The position numbers and the translations under genes were made by a program. The notes below the pieces were generated by a model. That model had not been told where the DNA came from. It did not search any database and was given only the letters and a program-made list of their open reading frames with translations. Below are positions 9,313-20,600 of a stretch of 60,628 nt of DNA, in pieces. The first letter of the stretch is position 1, and each line of letters opens with the position of its first letter. Location: the IMG/VR virus record IMGVR_UViG_3300010157_000068, positions 1 to 60,628 of that record. One strand, written 5' to 3'. Origin of the DNA: a virus (taxonomy: Duplodnaviria; Caudoviricetes).

Positions 9313-11748
9313 ATGAAGGATGTTACCGTCAATATAAACCCTGCAGGGTTCCCAAATCAATTTGCTTCAGATAAAGAGAAAGAATCTCTAGAGTATGGAC
9401 TACAGATCATGCAGGCCGTGCAGTATGAGTGGTTTCGAAAGGACAGCAACTCCTGTAAGTTTTATAATCAATGGGGTGACTTTCATAGACTTAGATTGTA
9501 TGCTAGAGGAGAGCAGTCGGTTGCAAAGTACAAGAATGAGTTATCAGTCGATGGAGACCTTTCTCATTTAAACTTGGACTGGACCCCAATTCCTATCATC
9601 CCAAAATTTGTGGATATAGTTGTTAATGGAATGGCTGATAGGTTATTTAAACCTAGGGCCTATGCTCAGGATGCAATATCTGCAGAGAGAAGGAGCAAGT
9701 ATCAGGACATGATAGAGACCGATATGGTGTCTAAAGATATCCTGTCTCAGGTGAAGGATAGTTTTGGAATAAACGCATTTGATACCGACCCAGAAAATCT
9801 ACCTCAGGATACCGAAGAGCTTAATTTGTTTATGCAAATAAACTATAAGCCGGCTATAGAAATTGCAGAGGAGACAGCAATAAATACGATACTAGAAGAA
9901 AACAGGTATGACGACATAAGAAGTAGAGTTGATTACGATATTACCGTTATTGGTAAGGGTATCGTTAAGCACCAGTTCTTACCAGGCAGCGGAGTACAAG
10001 TAGATTATGTAGACCCTGCAAATGTTGTTCATAGCTATACAGAAGACCCTCATTTTAGAGACTGTTTTTATTGGGGAGAAATTAAGACGGTTCCAATAAC
10101 GGAGCTTTTAAAGATAGATCCTACACTTACCAATGAGCAGTTAGAGGAAATATCTAAGTACAGTCAGTCATGGTACAATTACTATAACAACTCGCAATTT
10201 TATCAGAATAGTCTTTTCAACAAAGACTCTGCAACATTGTTGTATGTAAATTATAAGACAACTAAAAAATTTGTTTACAAGAAAAAAATACTTGACACCG
10301 GAGGTGTAAGGATTATACAAAAGGATGATACGTTCAATCCTCCTGCCGACATGATGGAGGAGGGAAGATTTGAAAAGGTGGAGAAGACTATTGATGTCTG
10401 GTACGATGGGATAATGGTTATGGGGACAAATATCGTCCTTAAGTGGGAGCTGTGCAAGAATATGGTGCGGCCTAAGTCTTCGTCTCAGTATGCAATTCCT
10501 AACTATGTAGCTGTTGCGCCTAGAATGTACAAGGGTAATATAGAGTCTCTTACTAGAAGGATGATTCCATTTGCTGATTTGATCCAGGTAACACATTTAA
10601 AGTTGCAGCAAGTATTGGCTAGAGTGGTTCCGGACGGTGTATTTATAGATGCCGACGGAATTAATGAAGTTGATCTTGGTACAGGGGCGGCTTATAACCC
10701 AGAGGACGCACTTAGATTATACTTCCAAACAGGTAGTGTGATCGGTAGAAGTTATACACAGGATGGAGAGTTTAATAATGCAAGGGTTCCTATACAAGAA
10801 TTAAACACGAATAGCGGTCAAGGAAAGATATCTGCCCTTATAGGCAGTTATAATCACTACCTAGGAATGATACGCGATGTCACAGGATTAAACGAGGCTA
10901 GAGACGGAAGTATGCCGGATCCAGAGTCTTTAGTAGGACTTCAAAAACTAGCGGCCGCAAATTCAAACACGGCTACAAGACACATACTAGAGGGCAGCCT
11001 TAGTATTACCAAATCATTATCCGAAGCCATATCTTACAGGGTGGCAGATATTCTTGAATATTCTGACTTCTCGGAGACGTTTGCCATGCAGATAGGCAAG
11101 TATAACGTTAGCCTTCTTGAAGAGATAAAGGATCTATACATTTATGATTTTGGAATATTTATAGATGTATCCCCTGACGAGGAAGAAAAGGCCAAGCTAG
11201 AGCAGAACATACAGGTCGCGTTAAGCAGAGATCAGATATCTCTTGAAGACGTGATAGACATCAGAGAGATAAATAATATAAAACTAGCTAATCAACTTTT
11301 AAAGCTTAAGAAACGCAAGAAAAAGGAAGAGGATCAGCAGAATGCTATGCAGACTCAACAGATGCAAGCTCAGCTTAATACTCAGTCTCAACAGATGGCG
11401 GCGCAGAGCGCTATGCAGCAGATACAGGCAGAGACTCAGTCAAAGATTCAAATTAAGCAGGCAGAGGTTGGTTACGAAATAGAAAAGATGAAGACCGAGG
11501 CTCAGCTTAAGGTAGAGCTTATGAATGTTGAGTATCAAATGAACATGCATTTAAAAGGTGTTGAGGCGCAGGCTATAACAACTAAAGATGAGCTTAAGGA
11601 GAAGGCTAAGGATAATAGGATTCTAAAGCAGGCAACTACGCAATCAAAACTTATAGAGCAGAGAAAAAATAACCTTCCTCCTGTAGATTTCGAGTCGAAT
11701 GAGGATTCGCTTGACGGCTTTGATATGTCAGAGTTTGAGCCAAAATAA
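9313..11748 (+). CDS. Portal protein
   Basis: 811 aa after TerL, PIPIIPKFVDIVV motif, long Q-rich C-terminal coiled coil typical of podovirus portals. Confidence 0.85.
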   Translation: MKDVTVNINPAGFPNQFASDKEKESLEYGLQIMQAVQYEWFRKDSNSCKFYNQWGDFHRLRLYARGEQSVAKYKNELSVDGDLSHLNLDWTPIPIIPKFVDIVVNGMADRLFKPRAYAQDAISAERRSKYQDMIETDMVSKDILSQVKDSFGINAFDTDPENLPQDTEELNLFMQINYKPAIEIAEETAINTILEENRYDDIRSRVDYDITVIGKGIVKHQFLPGSGVQVDYVDPANVVHSYTEDPHFRDCFYWGEIKTVPITELLKIDPTLTNEQLEEISKYSQSWYNYYNNSQFYQNSLFNKDSATLLYVNYKTTKKFVYKKKILDTGGVRIIQKDDTFNPPADMMEEGRFEKVEKTIDVWYDGIMVMGTNIVLKWELCKNMVRPKSSSQYAIPNYVAVAPRMYKGNIESLTRRMIPFADLIQVTHLKLQQVLARVVPDGVFIDADGINEVDLGTGAAYNPEDALRLYFQTGSVIGRSYTQDGEFNNARVPIQELNTNSGQGKISALIGSYNHYLGMIRDVTGLNEARDGSMPDPESLVGLQKLAAANSNTATRHILEGSLSITKSLSEAISYRVADILEYSDFSETFAMQIGKYNVSLLEEIKDLYIYDFGIFIDVSPDEEEKAKLEQNIQVALSRDQISLEDVIDIREINNIKLANQLLKLKKRKKKEEDQQNAMQTQQMQAQLNTQSQQMAAQSAMQQIQAETQSKIQIKQAEVGYEIEKMKTEAQLKVELMNVEYQMNMHLKGVEAQAITTKDELKEKAKDNRILKQATTQSKLIEQRKNNLPPVDFESNEDSLDGFDMSEFEPK

Positions 11749-11765
11749 TAAAAGAAAATATTTAC

Positions 11766-11773
11766 TAACTTTG
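11766..11773 (+). promoter_or_regulatory. -7 promoter element TAACTTTG
   Basis: TAnnTTTG in an intergenic gap, 14 nt before the ATG at 11787. Confidence 0.65.
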
Positions 11774-11786
11774 CAAAAATATAAAA

Positions 11787-12149
11787 ATGACACTAGAAGA
11801 TATAGCAGGTAGACTTGCTACGTTCCATGAGCAGATACATCAGATTCACTGGGAGACAAGGAGTTTTGCTGAGCACAAGGCTTTAGGAGAGTTCTATGAG
11901 TTTCTACAAGACTTTAAGGACGAGATAATTGAAAAGGTTATGGGGTACTCAGGAAAGAGGGTTAAAGGTTTTAGGGTTGATATTATAAAGCCAAACGAGA
12001 ATTCCGTAGATGTGGTTGACCAGGTACTTGTATTTGCTAGGGAGTTAGAAATGTTTGGAGACGCAAACATGTATCCTGACGTATGTAATATGGCTCAGTC
12101 GTTATCTGGAGAGACAGCAAAGGTTAAGTACCTTCTTACTTTATCGTAA
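11787..12149 (+). CDS. Dps/ferritin-like four-helix-bundle protein
   Basis: HQIHWET..FAEHKALGEFYE...DEIIE follows the Dps ferroxidase pattern. Confidence 0.75.
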   Translation: MTLEDIAGRLATFHEQIHQIHWETRSFAEHKALGEFYEFLQDFKDEIIEKVMGYSGKRVKGFRVDIIKPNENSVDVVDQVLVFARELEMFGDANMYPDVCNMAQSLSGETAKVKYLLTLS

Positions 12150-12174
12150 TTAAATAAATTTAAAATTAAATCAA

Positions 12175-13278
12175 ATGGGAGAATTTACAGTTAGGGACGT
12201 AGGTGCCGGAGAAGAAAGGTCTATACAAGAGATCGAACAGGAATTACTTGATAAGCACGAGGAGAAGTTTAATAATGACGGAGTTCAAGAAAAGGAATCG
12301 TTCACGGAACGTGAACAGGTAGAAGAGGTTGAACATAAGGATACTACTTTAGAATTAAAGGACGAAGACATACTGTCTTATATTAAGGGCAGGTATAATA
12401 AAGACATCAGCTCAGTTGATGAGTTGTTCAAAGAAAGAGATAGTAATGAGGAGCTTCCGTCGGATGTATCCGCATTCTTAAAATATAAAAAAGAAACAGG
12501 AAGAGGTATAGATGACTTTATTAGGTTAAATAAGGACTTCGAAAAACTTTCGCCTGAAAAACTTTTAGCAGAGTACTACTCAGCTACCGAGTCAGACTTG
12601 GATGACGAAGATATCAGTTACATGATAGAGGATAGGTTTAGTTACGACCCTGACTTTGATGATGAAAAGGATATTAAGAAGAAAGAAATTGCCAAGAAAA
12701 AAGAGCTTGCTAAAGCAAAGAAGTTTTTTGAAGATCAGAAAGAACAGTACAAGACACCGGCTGAGTCAAAAGGTGGATTAGTTAGTGATGATGAGAAGGA
12801 AGCTTATAATGCTTACAAGAAATACGTTCAAGACTCGAATAACATACAGCAGGAGGGCTTAAAAAAAGCTGAGTACTTCCAGAAAAAGACTGAAGAGATT
12901 TTTAACTCAGAATTCAAAGGTTTTGATTTCAACGTGGGTGAAAAAGACATCAAGTTTCTACCTGGAGACCCGGCAGATTTAAAAAAGTCTCAGTCTGATC
13001 TAACAAACTACATATCCAAGTATTTGGATAAGGATGGGTTGGTTTCAGATGCCGTAGGTTATCATAGGTCATTATCTGTCGCTATGAATCCTGAAAAGTT
13101 TGCCAAGTTTTTTTATGAACAAGGTAAGGCTGAGGCGCTATTAGATACCGCCAAACAAACAAAAAATATAGACATGGATATGAGGTCTTCTCAACAGTCT
13201 ATCAGCACTTCAGGCATAAAGGTTAAGAGTATGAGTACTGATTCGGGTAGTGGACTTAAATTTAAAAGTTTAAAGTAA
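12175..13278 (+). CDS. Capsid scaffolding protein
   Basis: Acidic helical protein directly before the major capsid gene. Confidence 0.65.
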   Translation: MGEFTVRDVGAGEERSIQEIEQELLDKHEEKFNNDGVQEKESFTEREQVEEVEHKDTTLELKDEDILSYIKGRYNKDISSVDELFKERDSNEELPSDVSAFLKYKKETGRGIDDFIRLNKDFEKLSPEKLLAEYYSATESDLDDEDISYMIEDRFSYDPDFDDEKDIKKKEIAKKKELAKAKKFFEDQKEQYKTPAESKGGLVSDDEKEAYNAYKKYVQDSNNIQQEGLKKAEYFQKKTEEIFNSEFKGFDFNVGEKDIKFLPGDPADLKKSQSDLTNYISKYLDKDGLVSDAVGYHRSLSVAMNPEKFAKFFYEQGKAEALLDTAKQTKNIDMDMRSSQQSISTSGIKVKSMSTDSGSGLKFKSLK

Positions 13279-13298
13279 CACTAAAAAATTAAAACAAA

Positions 13299-14720
13299 AT
13301 GGGAGTATTATCTACACCAGGCTATGATTTACAGCCGTCTGCTGAGAAGAAAACCTTAGCATCAAATTACATCACAAACTTCGACTTCTTGAATCAGTAC
13401 TTACCAGATACTTACGAGAAAGAGTTTGAAAGATACGGTAACCGATCGGTTGCATCGTTCTTAAGATCAGTAGGGGCTGAGATGCCTTCAACATCTGACC
13501 TTATCAAGTGGGCAGAACAAGGTCGTCTACACACTAAGTATGTTAACTGTGTTGCAACAGGCTATTCTGCCGGTGCTGATACGGCTACAATCATCGTTAA
13601 TGACGTATTAAATCCTGCCGTAACTACAGGAACTGGAATTGCATTTAGAAAGGGACAGACAGTATTTTTATCTGATAACAACGAAGCTTCTAAATCTAAC
13701 AAGGCAATTATCACTAACGTAAACTACTCTGCCAGCACATTTGATGTAGCTTACTATGAAGGTGGAGGCCAGACATTTGGAGCTACTGACGTGATCACAG
13801 CGTTTGTTTATGGTTCAGAGTTCAGAAAAGGTACAGAAGGAATGGTTGAGTCTTTAGAGGCTAACGACATATTCTTAGAGAACAGCCCGATCATCATCAA
13901 AGATAAGTACGCGGTATCTGGTTCAGATATGGCTCAAATCGGATGGGTTGAGGTTACTACTGAGAATGGGGCCACCGGATATTTATGGTACATTAAGTCA
14001 GAGCATGAGACTCGTCTACGTTTTGAGGACTACTTAGAATTAGCTATGATCGAAGCTGTACCTGCTGAGTCAGGATCTGGAGCTGCTGCCCAATCTACAT
14101 TTGGAAATAAGGGTTCTGAAGGTTTGTTCTACTCGGTTGCCGACAGAGGTAACATCTGGGGAGGCGGTAACCCAACCACATTGTCTGACTTTGATACTAT
14201 TATCCAACGTCTTGACAAACAAGGAGCTATTCAAGAGAACGTGTTGTTTGTTAACCGTCAGTTCTCTTTCGATATTGATGATATGTTGGCTGCTCAAAAC
14301 TCTTATGGTGCAGGTGGTACATCTTATGGTTTGTTTGATAACGATAAGGAAATGGCGTTGAACTTAGGTTTTACAGGATTCCGTAGAGGTTACGACTTCT
14401 ATAAAACTGACTGGAAGTACTTGAACGATGCTGCAACTCGTGGAGGTGTAGTTGGAGGCGCAGTTAACGGAGTTTTAGTCCCTGCTGGATCTACTACAGT
14501 TTACGATCAGGTGTTAGGTAAAAACGCTAAGCGTCCTTTCTTACACGTAAGATACCGGGCCTCTGAGACAGAAGACAGACGCTACAAGACTTGGATTACA
14601 GGTTCTGCTGGAGGAGCTACAAACTCTTCTTTAGATGCAATGGAGGTTCATTTCTTGTCTGAAAGAGCTTTATGTACTCTAGGAGCTAACAACTTCTTCT
14701 TATTCGAAGCTAATAGCTAG
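13299..14720 (+). CDS. Major capsid protein
   Basis: 473 aa, position after the scaffold, strongly biased codon usage, followed by a terminator. Confidence 0.82.
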   Translation: MGVLSTPGYDLQPSAEKKTLASNYITNFDFLNQYLPDTYEKEFERYGNRSVASFLRSVGAEMPSTSDLIKWAEQGRLHTKYVNCVATGYSAGADTATIIVNDVLNPAVTTGTGIAFRKGQTVFLSDNNEASKSNKAIITNVNYSASTFDVAYYEGGGQTFGATDVITAFVYGSEFRKGTEGMVESLEANDIFLENSPIIIKDKYAVSGSDMAQIGWVEVTTENGATGYLWYIKSEHETRLRFEDYLELAMIEAVPAESGSGAAAQSTFGNKGSEGLFYSVADRGNIWGGGNPTTLSDFDTIIQRLDKQGAIQENVLFVNRQFSFDIDDMLAAQNSYGAGGTSYGLFDNDKEMALNLGFTGFRRGYDFYKTDWKYLNDAATRGGVVGGAVNGVLVPAGSTTVYDQVLGKNAKRPFLHVRYRASETEDRRYKTWITGSAGGATNSSLDAMEVHFLSERALCTLGANNFFLFEANS

Positions 14721-14733
14721 AAATAAATTACCC

Positions 14734-14767
14734 AACAGAGGGGCATTAGTGTCCCTCTGTTATTTTT
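14734..14767 (+). terminator. Rho-independent terminator after the capsid gene
   Basis: AACAGAGGGGCA-TTAG-TGTCCCTCTGTT hairpin followed by a T-rich tract. Confidence 0.8.
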
Positions 14768-14787
14768 AACAATTTAAATTATATCAA

Positions 14788-15528
14788 ATGGAAAAGAATA
14801 TTGCATTAGTAGATAGAATCTACGTATTAAAAAAAAGAAATACTCCGTTGTCATATATGCTGACATCGAAGAACACTTCAAGAAGTCCCTTATACTACTT
14901 TGACGGAACAACAAATAGAGCGCTTCGGTACGCTAGGAATCAAAAATCACCTTTCGAGGATGAGCAAGATGGTTCAGCAATACTAGAACCTATCGTCTTC
15001 GTAGATGGTTCATTAACAGTATTTAAAACAAACCCGGTGCTTCAAAAGTTCTTAGATTATCACCCTGGTAATGGGACCATATTTGAAGAGGTAAATACAG
15101 AAAAAGATGCCTCAGAGCAGGTAGAAAAGATCGATATGGAGCTTGATGCTCAGTTAGCAGCCAGAGACCTTTCTGTAGACATGCTTGAGGCTGTAGCCAG
15201 AGTTGTACTAGGTGTTAAGATAGACAAGATGTCTACGTCTGAATTAAAAAGAGATGTTAGAGTTTATGCTAAGGGCAACCCACAAAAGTTTATGGAGATA
15301 CTAAATGATCCTATGCTTAACCTTCAAAATACATGTGCTAAGTTCTTTGATCATGACCTTTTAAAATTAAAAAATAGAGGAAGAGATATCTATTTCAACT
15401 TAGAAACAAATAAGAAAAAAGTGCTTACGGTGCCTTATGGTGAGAATCATTTATTTACACTGGCCTCTCACCTGAGATCTGACGATGGAATTGAAACTTT
15501 AAGACTTTTAGAGAGTCACTTAGGGTAG
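14788..15528 (+). CDS. Hypothetical protein in the head module
   Basis: 246-aa ORF. Confidence 0.7.
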   Translation: MEKNIALVDRIYVLKKRNTPLSYMLTSKNTSRSPLYYFDGTTNRALRYARNQKSPFEDEQDGSAILEPIVFVDGSLTVFKTNPVLQKFLDYHPGNGTIFEEVNTEKDASEQVEKIDMELDAQLAARDLSVDMLEAVARVVLGVKIDKMSTSELKRDVRVYAKGNPQKFMEILNDPMLNLQNTCAKFFDHDLLKLKNRGRDIYFNLETNKKKVLTVPYGENHLFTLASHLRSDDGIETLRLLESHLG

Positions 15529-15539
15529 TTTTTTTTTAT

Positions 15540-15547
15540 TATCTTTG
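15540..15547 (+). promoter_or_regulatory. -7 promoter element TATCTTTG
   Basis: Consensus match in an intergenic gap. Confidence 0.7.
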
Positions 15548-15580
15548 CACCTATTATTAATAATAAATAACAAAAAGAAA

Positions 15581-15862
15581 ATGGAAAAATTTTTAAACAT
15601 CCCTGTTACAAATGAGCAGTTTCAGTTAGTTTCGGCTACAGATATTAAACTTATCGAGCAGGCGTCAACCACCACGGTTACTATCGCTTATGGTGGTGGA
15701 AAAGTAATTACAATTACTCATGCAGCTGCTGGATCAGGAGTTGAAACTCAAAGAGACGCTATCGAAGCTGCTGTAGTAGCTGCGTTAGGAGAGGGGTGGA
15801 CAAAGGTAACTTACGATGTTACATTGTTGCCATTCGCGGTGTCAGGTATTGCAATCGCGTAA
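15581..15862 (+). CDS. Small structural protein, possible capsid decoration
   Basis: A/T/V-rich with capsid-like codon usage, and has its own promoter and terminator. Start re-called to MEKFLNIP. Confidence 0.55.
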   Translation: MEKFLNIPVTNEQFQLVSATDIKLIEQASTTTVTIAYGGGKVITITHAAAGSGVETQRDAIEAAVVAALGEGWTKVTYDVTLLPFAVSGIAIA

Positions 15863-15880
15863 CTAGATTACGTTTAAAAC

Positions 15881-15913
15881 AAAGGAGCACTCTATCAAGG
15901 GTGCTTTTTTTTT
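15881..15913 (+). terminator. Rho-independent terminator
   Basis: GAGCACTC-TATCAA-GGGTGCTT hairpin plus poly-T. Confidence 0.75.
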
Positions 15914-15915
15914 AT

Positions 15916-15923
15916 TATCTTTG
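15916..15923 (+). promoter_or_regulatory. -7 promoter element TATCTTTG (tail operon)
   Basis: Consensus match 18 nt before the ATG at 15941. Confidence 0.7.
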
Positions 15924-15940
15924 TAAAAAAGTTTTTTAAT

Positions 15941-16702
15941 ATGATAAACTCAGTTAGGAACACGGTTCTATCTGTTATAAACAAGAATAACTACGGGTAC
16001 ATAACACCTGCTGACTTTAACTTATATGCTAAGCAGGCTCAGATGGAGCTGTATGAAGAGTACTACTCTTCTTACAATAAGACCATTAACATGGAGAATG
16101 CTAGAATGTCTGGCACAGACTATGCTGATATAGAACAGCCAATAGCAGAAACTCTAGAATCATTCTTAGTGTCTTATAATTTGACCAATAAATCTGATAA
16201 TACATGGTACGCTCCGTCTGTAGATACTACAGGAAGTGATTCATACATGATCTTGAGGATGGACTGCTTAAATAGTTCTGGTGCCAGAATAGCCACTATA
16301 GACAAGGTATCTAATGGAAAATCCATGATGCTTATAGACTCTAATCTAACAGGTCCTTCTTTAATGTATCCTGCATATGTATATAGCTCTGACTCCGCAG
16401 GAAAGTCAACTGTAACAGTGTATCCTAGCACTATAAAGGATCCAGCATACGATATAAAGTGTACATACTTCACCTATCCTAAGGATCCTAAGTGGACGTA
16501 TATTGTTTTACAGAACGGATCACCTATGTTTGATCAGTCGCAATCTGACTACCAAGACTTTCAGCTTCCAAACGAGGACGAGTACAAGTTAGTAATGAAG
16601 ATACTTCAGTACGCTGGAATATCAATAAGAGAACAAGAGGTAGCTGCGTATGCTTTAGGCCAAGAACAGCACGAACAACCAACATTTAGTCAACAGCAAT
16701 AA
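15941..16702 (+). CDS. Head-tail adaptor / tail ring protein
   Basis: Position and size match podovirus and crAss-like ring proteins. Confidence 0.55.
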   Translation: MINSVRNTVLSVINKNNYGYITPADFNLYAKQAQMELYEEYYSSYNKTINMENARMSGTDYADIEQPIAETLESFLVSYNLTNKSDNTWYAPSVDTTGSDSYMILRMDCLNSSGARIATIDKVSNGKSMMLIDSNLTGPSLMYPAYVYSSDSAGKSTVTVYPSTIKDPAYDIKCTYFTYPKDPKWTYIVLQNGSPMFDQSQSDYQDFQLPNEDEYKLVMKILQYAGISIREQEVAAYALGQEQHEQPTFSQQQ

Positions 16703-16704
16703 CG

Positions 16705-17622
16705 ATGGCATACTTAACCGGATATCAGTACTATGAAAACGCTGGAGGAAACCCAGAAGACGCAAATTGGGGATCATACCAGTACCTATCATTAAAGGAT
16801 GTTGTTAATAACTTTATGTTGATGTATGTTGGGAACAATAAACTGGTCAATAATATAGATAAGTATGAGGTTTTATTTCATGCTAAGAGAGGAATTCAGG
16901 AGCTGAATTATGATGCTCTTAAAGAAATAAAGGTGGTAGAACTTAGTATACCTAGTGATTTAAAACTTGTACTCCCTCCTGACTTTATAAACTACGTTAG
17001 AATCTCTTTATATAAGGATGGAGTTTTAAGGCCGTTGTCTGAAAATATACAGACGATACATAGTAACTCATACCTTCAAGACAATACTTGCAGGGTGCTT
17101 TTTGATCAGGATGGAAACGTTCTAGAGGGTACGTCTATACTTGACTACGACAGGATAAATAAACTTAACAAGAGTATATACCTAGGAGACGGCAGGTTTG
17201 CAGGAATGGAAGGATACAACCTAGACGGAAGATGGTACTTTGATTACGCAGTAGGCGCTAGGTATGGTCTAAATACTGAGACAGCAAATAAAAATCCTAC
17301 ATACAATATAAATAAAAAGGCAGGGGTCATAAACTTTAGTTCTGGAATGGCAGATGAGCTTTGCGTGCTTGAATACATTACCGATGGAATGGAGGGTGGT
17401 GATGACGCGGAGGTGAGTGTGAATAAGTTAGCAGAAGAGTTTTTATACGCGTACATAAAGTATAGCATACTAACAAATAAGTACGGAGTTCAGGAGTATG
17501 TTGTAGCTAGAGCCAAGAAGGAAAAGACAGCACTTCTAAGAAACGCTAAAATAAGAATGAGTAACATGCATCCTGGCCGATTACTAATGAACATGAGGGG
17601 CAGAGATAAATGGATTAAATAG
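16705..17622 (+). CDS. Tail ring / structural protein
   Basis: 305 aa, synteny within the tail module. Confidence 0.55.
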   Translation: MAYLTGYQYYENAGGNPEDANWGSYQYLSLKDVVNNFMLMYVGNNKLVNNIDKYEVLFHAKRGIQELNYDALKEIKVVELSIPSDLKLVLPPDFINYVRISLYKDGVLRPLSENIQTIHSNSYLQDNTCRVLFDQDGNVLEGTSILDYDRINKLNKSIYLGDGRFAGMEGYNLDGRWYFDYAVGARYGLNTETANKNPTYNINKKAGVINFSSGMADELCVLEYITDGMEGGDDAEVSVNKLAEEFLYAYIKYSILTNKYGVQEYVVARAKKEKTALLRNAKIRMSNMHPGRLLMNMRGRDKWIK

Positions 17623-17624
17623 GT

Positions 17625-20600
17625 ATGGATATAAATAATAATTTCCTAAAGGGAAGAATGAACAAGTCTTATGACGAGAGAGTTATCCCCGAAGGAGAGT
17701 ACATAGATGCTTTAAATATTAGGATTGGTTCTACGGAAAACAATAGTGTAGGAGCTATTGAAAATTCTTTAGGAAACACAAAGTTGACATCGATCACATA
17801 CAACGGAGGGGCTTTATCTAATGCGGCCAGATGTATTGGAGTTTTTGAGGACGGGTCTAATGAGACTCTGTACTGGTTTATATGTGACCCAGGAAATGTA
17901 GATCTTATACTTTCTTACAATGCCAATAGCGGAGTTATAAAGTACCATGTAATATCTACATCTGTTTTAAATTTCGATTTAAAATACCTTATAAACAGCA
18001 TAAATAAGGTTGACAACTTATTATTTTTTACAGACGGATTAAATCCTCCAAGGAAGATAAATATAGATAGAAACTATCCTAACCCTGTGGCCGGAGTTGA
18101 CTCTATAACAGAGGATGATATACTGGTAATAGTAGCTCCTCCTACAGAGTCTCCGGTAGTTAACTTTGTCAACACCCCCGGAGAGGAGAACTACATTACA
18201 GAAAGATTTATATCATTCGCCTACAGATACAAGTACAAAGACAATGAATATAGCGCTCTGTCTCAATTTAGCACAGTAGCGTTTGAACCTGGTGACTTTG
18301 AATTAGACTACTCTACCTACACTAATAAGTCCATGCAGAACCTGTTTAATACCATAAATGTTGAGTTTAATACAGGAGGGGAGAACGTTATAGGCATAGA
18401 CCTTTGTTTTAAGCTGTCTGACACTAGTATAGTGAATGTAATAGAGAGATATAATAAACAAGAGCAGGGATGGTCTGATAATGTAACCAGAAGCGTTCTG
18501 TTTAACAATAGAAAAATATATACCGCGCTTCCATCTAGTGAGTTGACTAGACTATACGATAATGTTCCTAGGACCGCAGACTCACAGACGGTTATGGGTA
18601 ACAGGCTTATATACGGAAACTATGTAGACGGATACGATATAGATACTACGCTAGATTACAGTTTAGACCTTGTAAGCGAAACAATAGGGTATCATGAAAT
18701 ACCTTATGAACTAGGGAACGGTATTGACTATACTATAGACCCGTTAAACACAATAACGTCTAACAATTCTGCTGTATCCATTGACTTAACAGGGTTGGAG
18801 TTAAAGGAAGGTTCTCTCCTTTCCATGTCCTTTAGTTTACTACACGGAACATTTTCCGGGTACCCTGACTACAATGATCCGCCCACATCTCCTGCTCCGT
18901 TAAACGAGTTTCAGTACAACTTTATTTTCACGCTAAGACAAGACTATGCCAGTGTTTACGAGCTTGCTAATAGCGATGAATTCGTTAACGCTATATACAC
19001 ACATAACCCTTATGCTAGTGCATGCGACGGGTTTTCTATAACGGATAATTTTAACTGTTCAATAGTATCTAAGGGCGTATTCCCTCCATTTACTACAGGA
19101 TGGGATGACGTAGCTAGTGGTATAACCGGTCCAGATGGAGGATTCACAATAACGTCATCAATAGGAAGTAATATACTGCAGATACAGGTTCCTGCAGTTA
19201 AGTTTAAGATAGAAGATCCTGACAACCCGGGCACTTATTTTTACGCTTACGAGTACTTTTTTAATTCTACATTCTCTGCAGCATTTTCAAAAATAGGGGC
19301 TAGACAGAGCCTTCACAGTAATAGAGATTATGAGGTAGCTATAGTTTATGCTGACAATTATTTGCGAAGCTCTACTGCCTTGGTCAATAATATGAACACA
19401 GTTTTTGTTCCGGCATCTGCGTCAGAAAAAAAGAACTACATAGTAGCTACGATAAATAATTTAGCTCCGAGCTGGGCTACAAGGTATAAATTTGTAATCA
19501 AGCCTTCAAAGACAAACTACGAGATAATATACACCAACCAGTTTTATGTTGATGACGCTAACCTAACATGGTTTAAGCTTGAAGGAGAAAACATAAGCAA
19601 GGTTAAGATGGACGATGTTTTGATAGTCAAGTCTGACACAAATGGAGTCCTTAACGATCTAATAAAGACAAAGGTCTTAGAGGTTAAGGCTCAGTCATCG
19701 AATTTTATAACAGGCAACAAGACAGACACAAATCAAGAAATAATAGAGCCTGCAGGGGTTTATATGGCGCTTAAAACATCAAACTTCGCCGCCGAATACA
19801 AGCCAAACTCTTATATAGATTTCGGAAACAAGCAGACCGGTGAAACAACGGTATATCCTTGCTATATAGATAACCCAAACTATGACTCAGGAACTCCACC
19901 TGGCCCTACAAATCAACCATTTGTTCCGTACGACATTCCTGCCGGAAGCAGGGTTAATATAAGAATATCTCTGGATAGGAATGGCAGGGGCAGTCGTTGT
20001 GGGTCATCTCACTACTTGTTTGACAAGACGTTTATTGCATCTCAAAACTATGACAACATATTTGATTTTGTAAATGGAGACCATATAAATTTTGCTTCAG
20101 GCACGTATAGTGGAGGAGAGGATCCAAATGATAACTATCAGAACAGAACGCTAGAGGTTTTTTATCCTAACTGCATAGGTGGTACTTCCTGTCACTTACC
20201 TTTTAATCAAGGGTTAAACCAGTATGAGTTTCAGCAAAATCCAGACAACGGGGCGTTATATTTGGTTGTGACAACGGGGCAGCCAAGTTGTAATGGGATC
20301 AATCTTAAGTCCTCTATAACTAGCATACATATAACCGTACAAAGGGCTGAGTCTTTACTTGTTTTTGAGACGGAGGCTCTTGACTCTGATGGAGAAATTT
20401 ATTTCGAAGGTAGTGACAGCTTCCATATAGAGAATAGACTGCACATGAGTGGAGATAAGGATGGAGATCAGAACCAATCATCTACTGTAGTTCCAGCTAT
20501 TGTAACTCTAAATTTTTTCAACTGCTATTCTTTTGGAAATGGTGTTGAGAGTTATAAAGTAAACGACTCCATAACAGGAGCTCCCTTGTACTTAGGTAGC

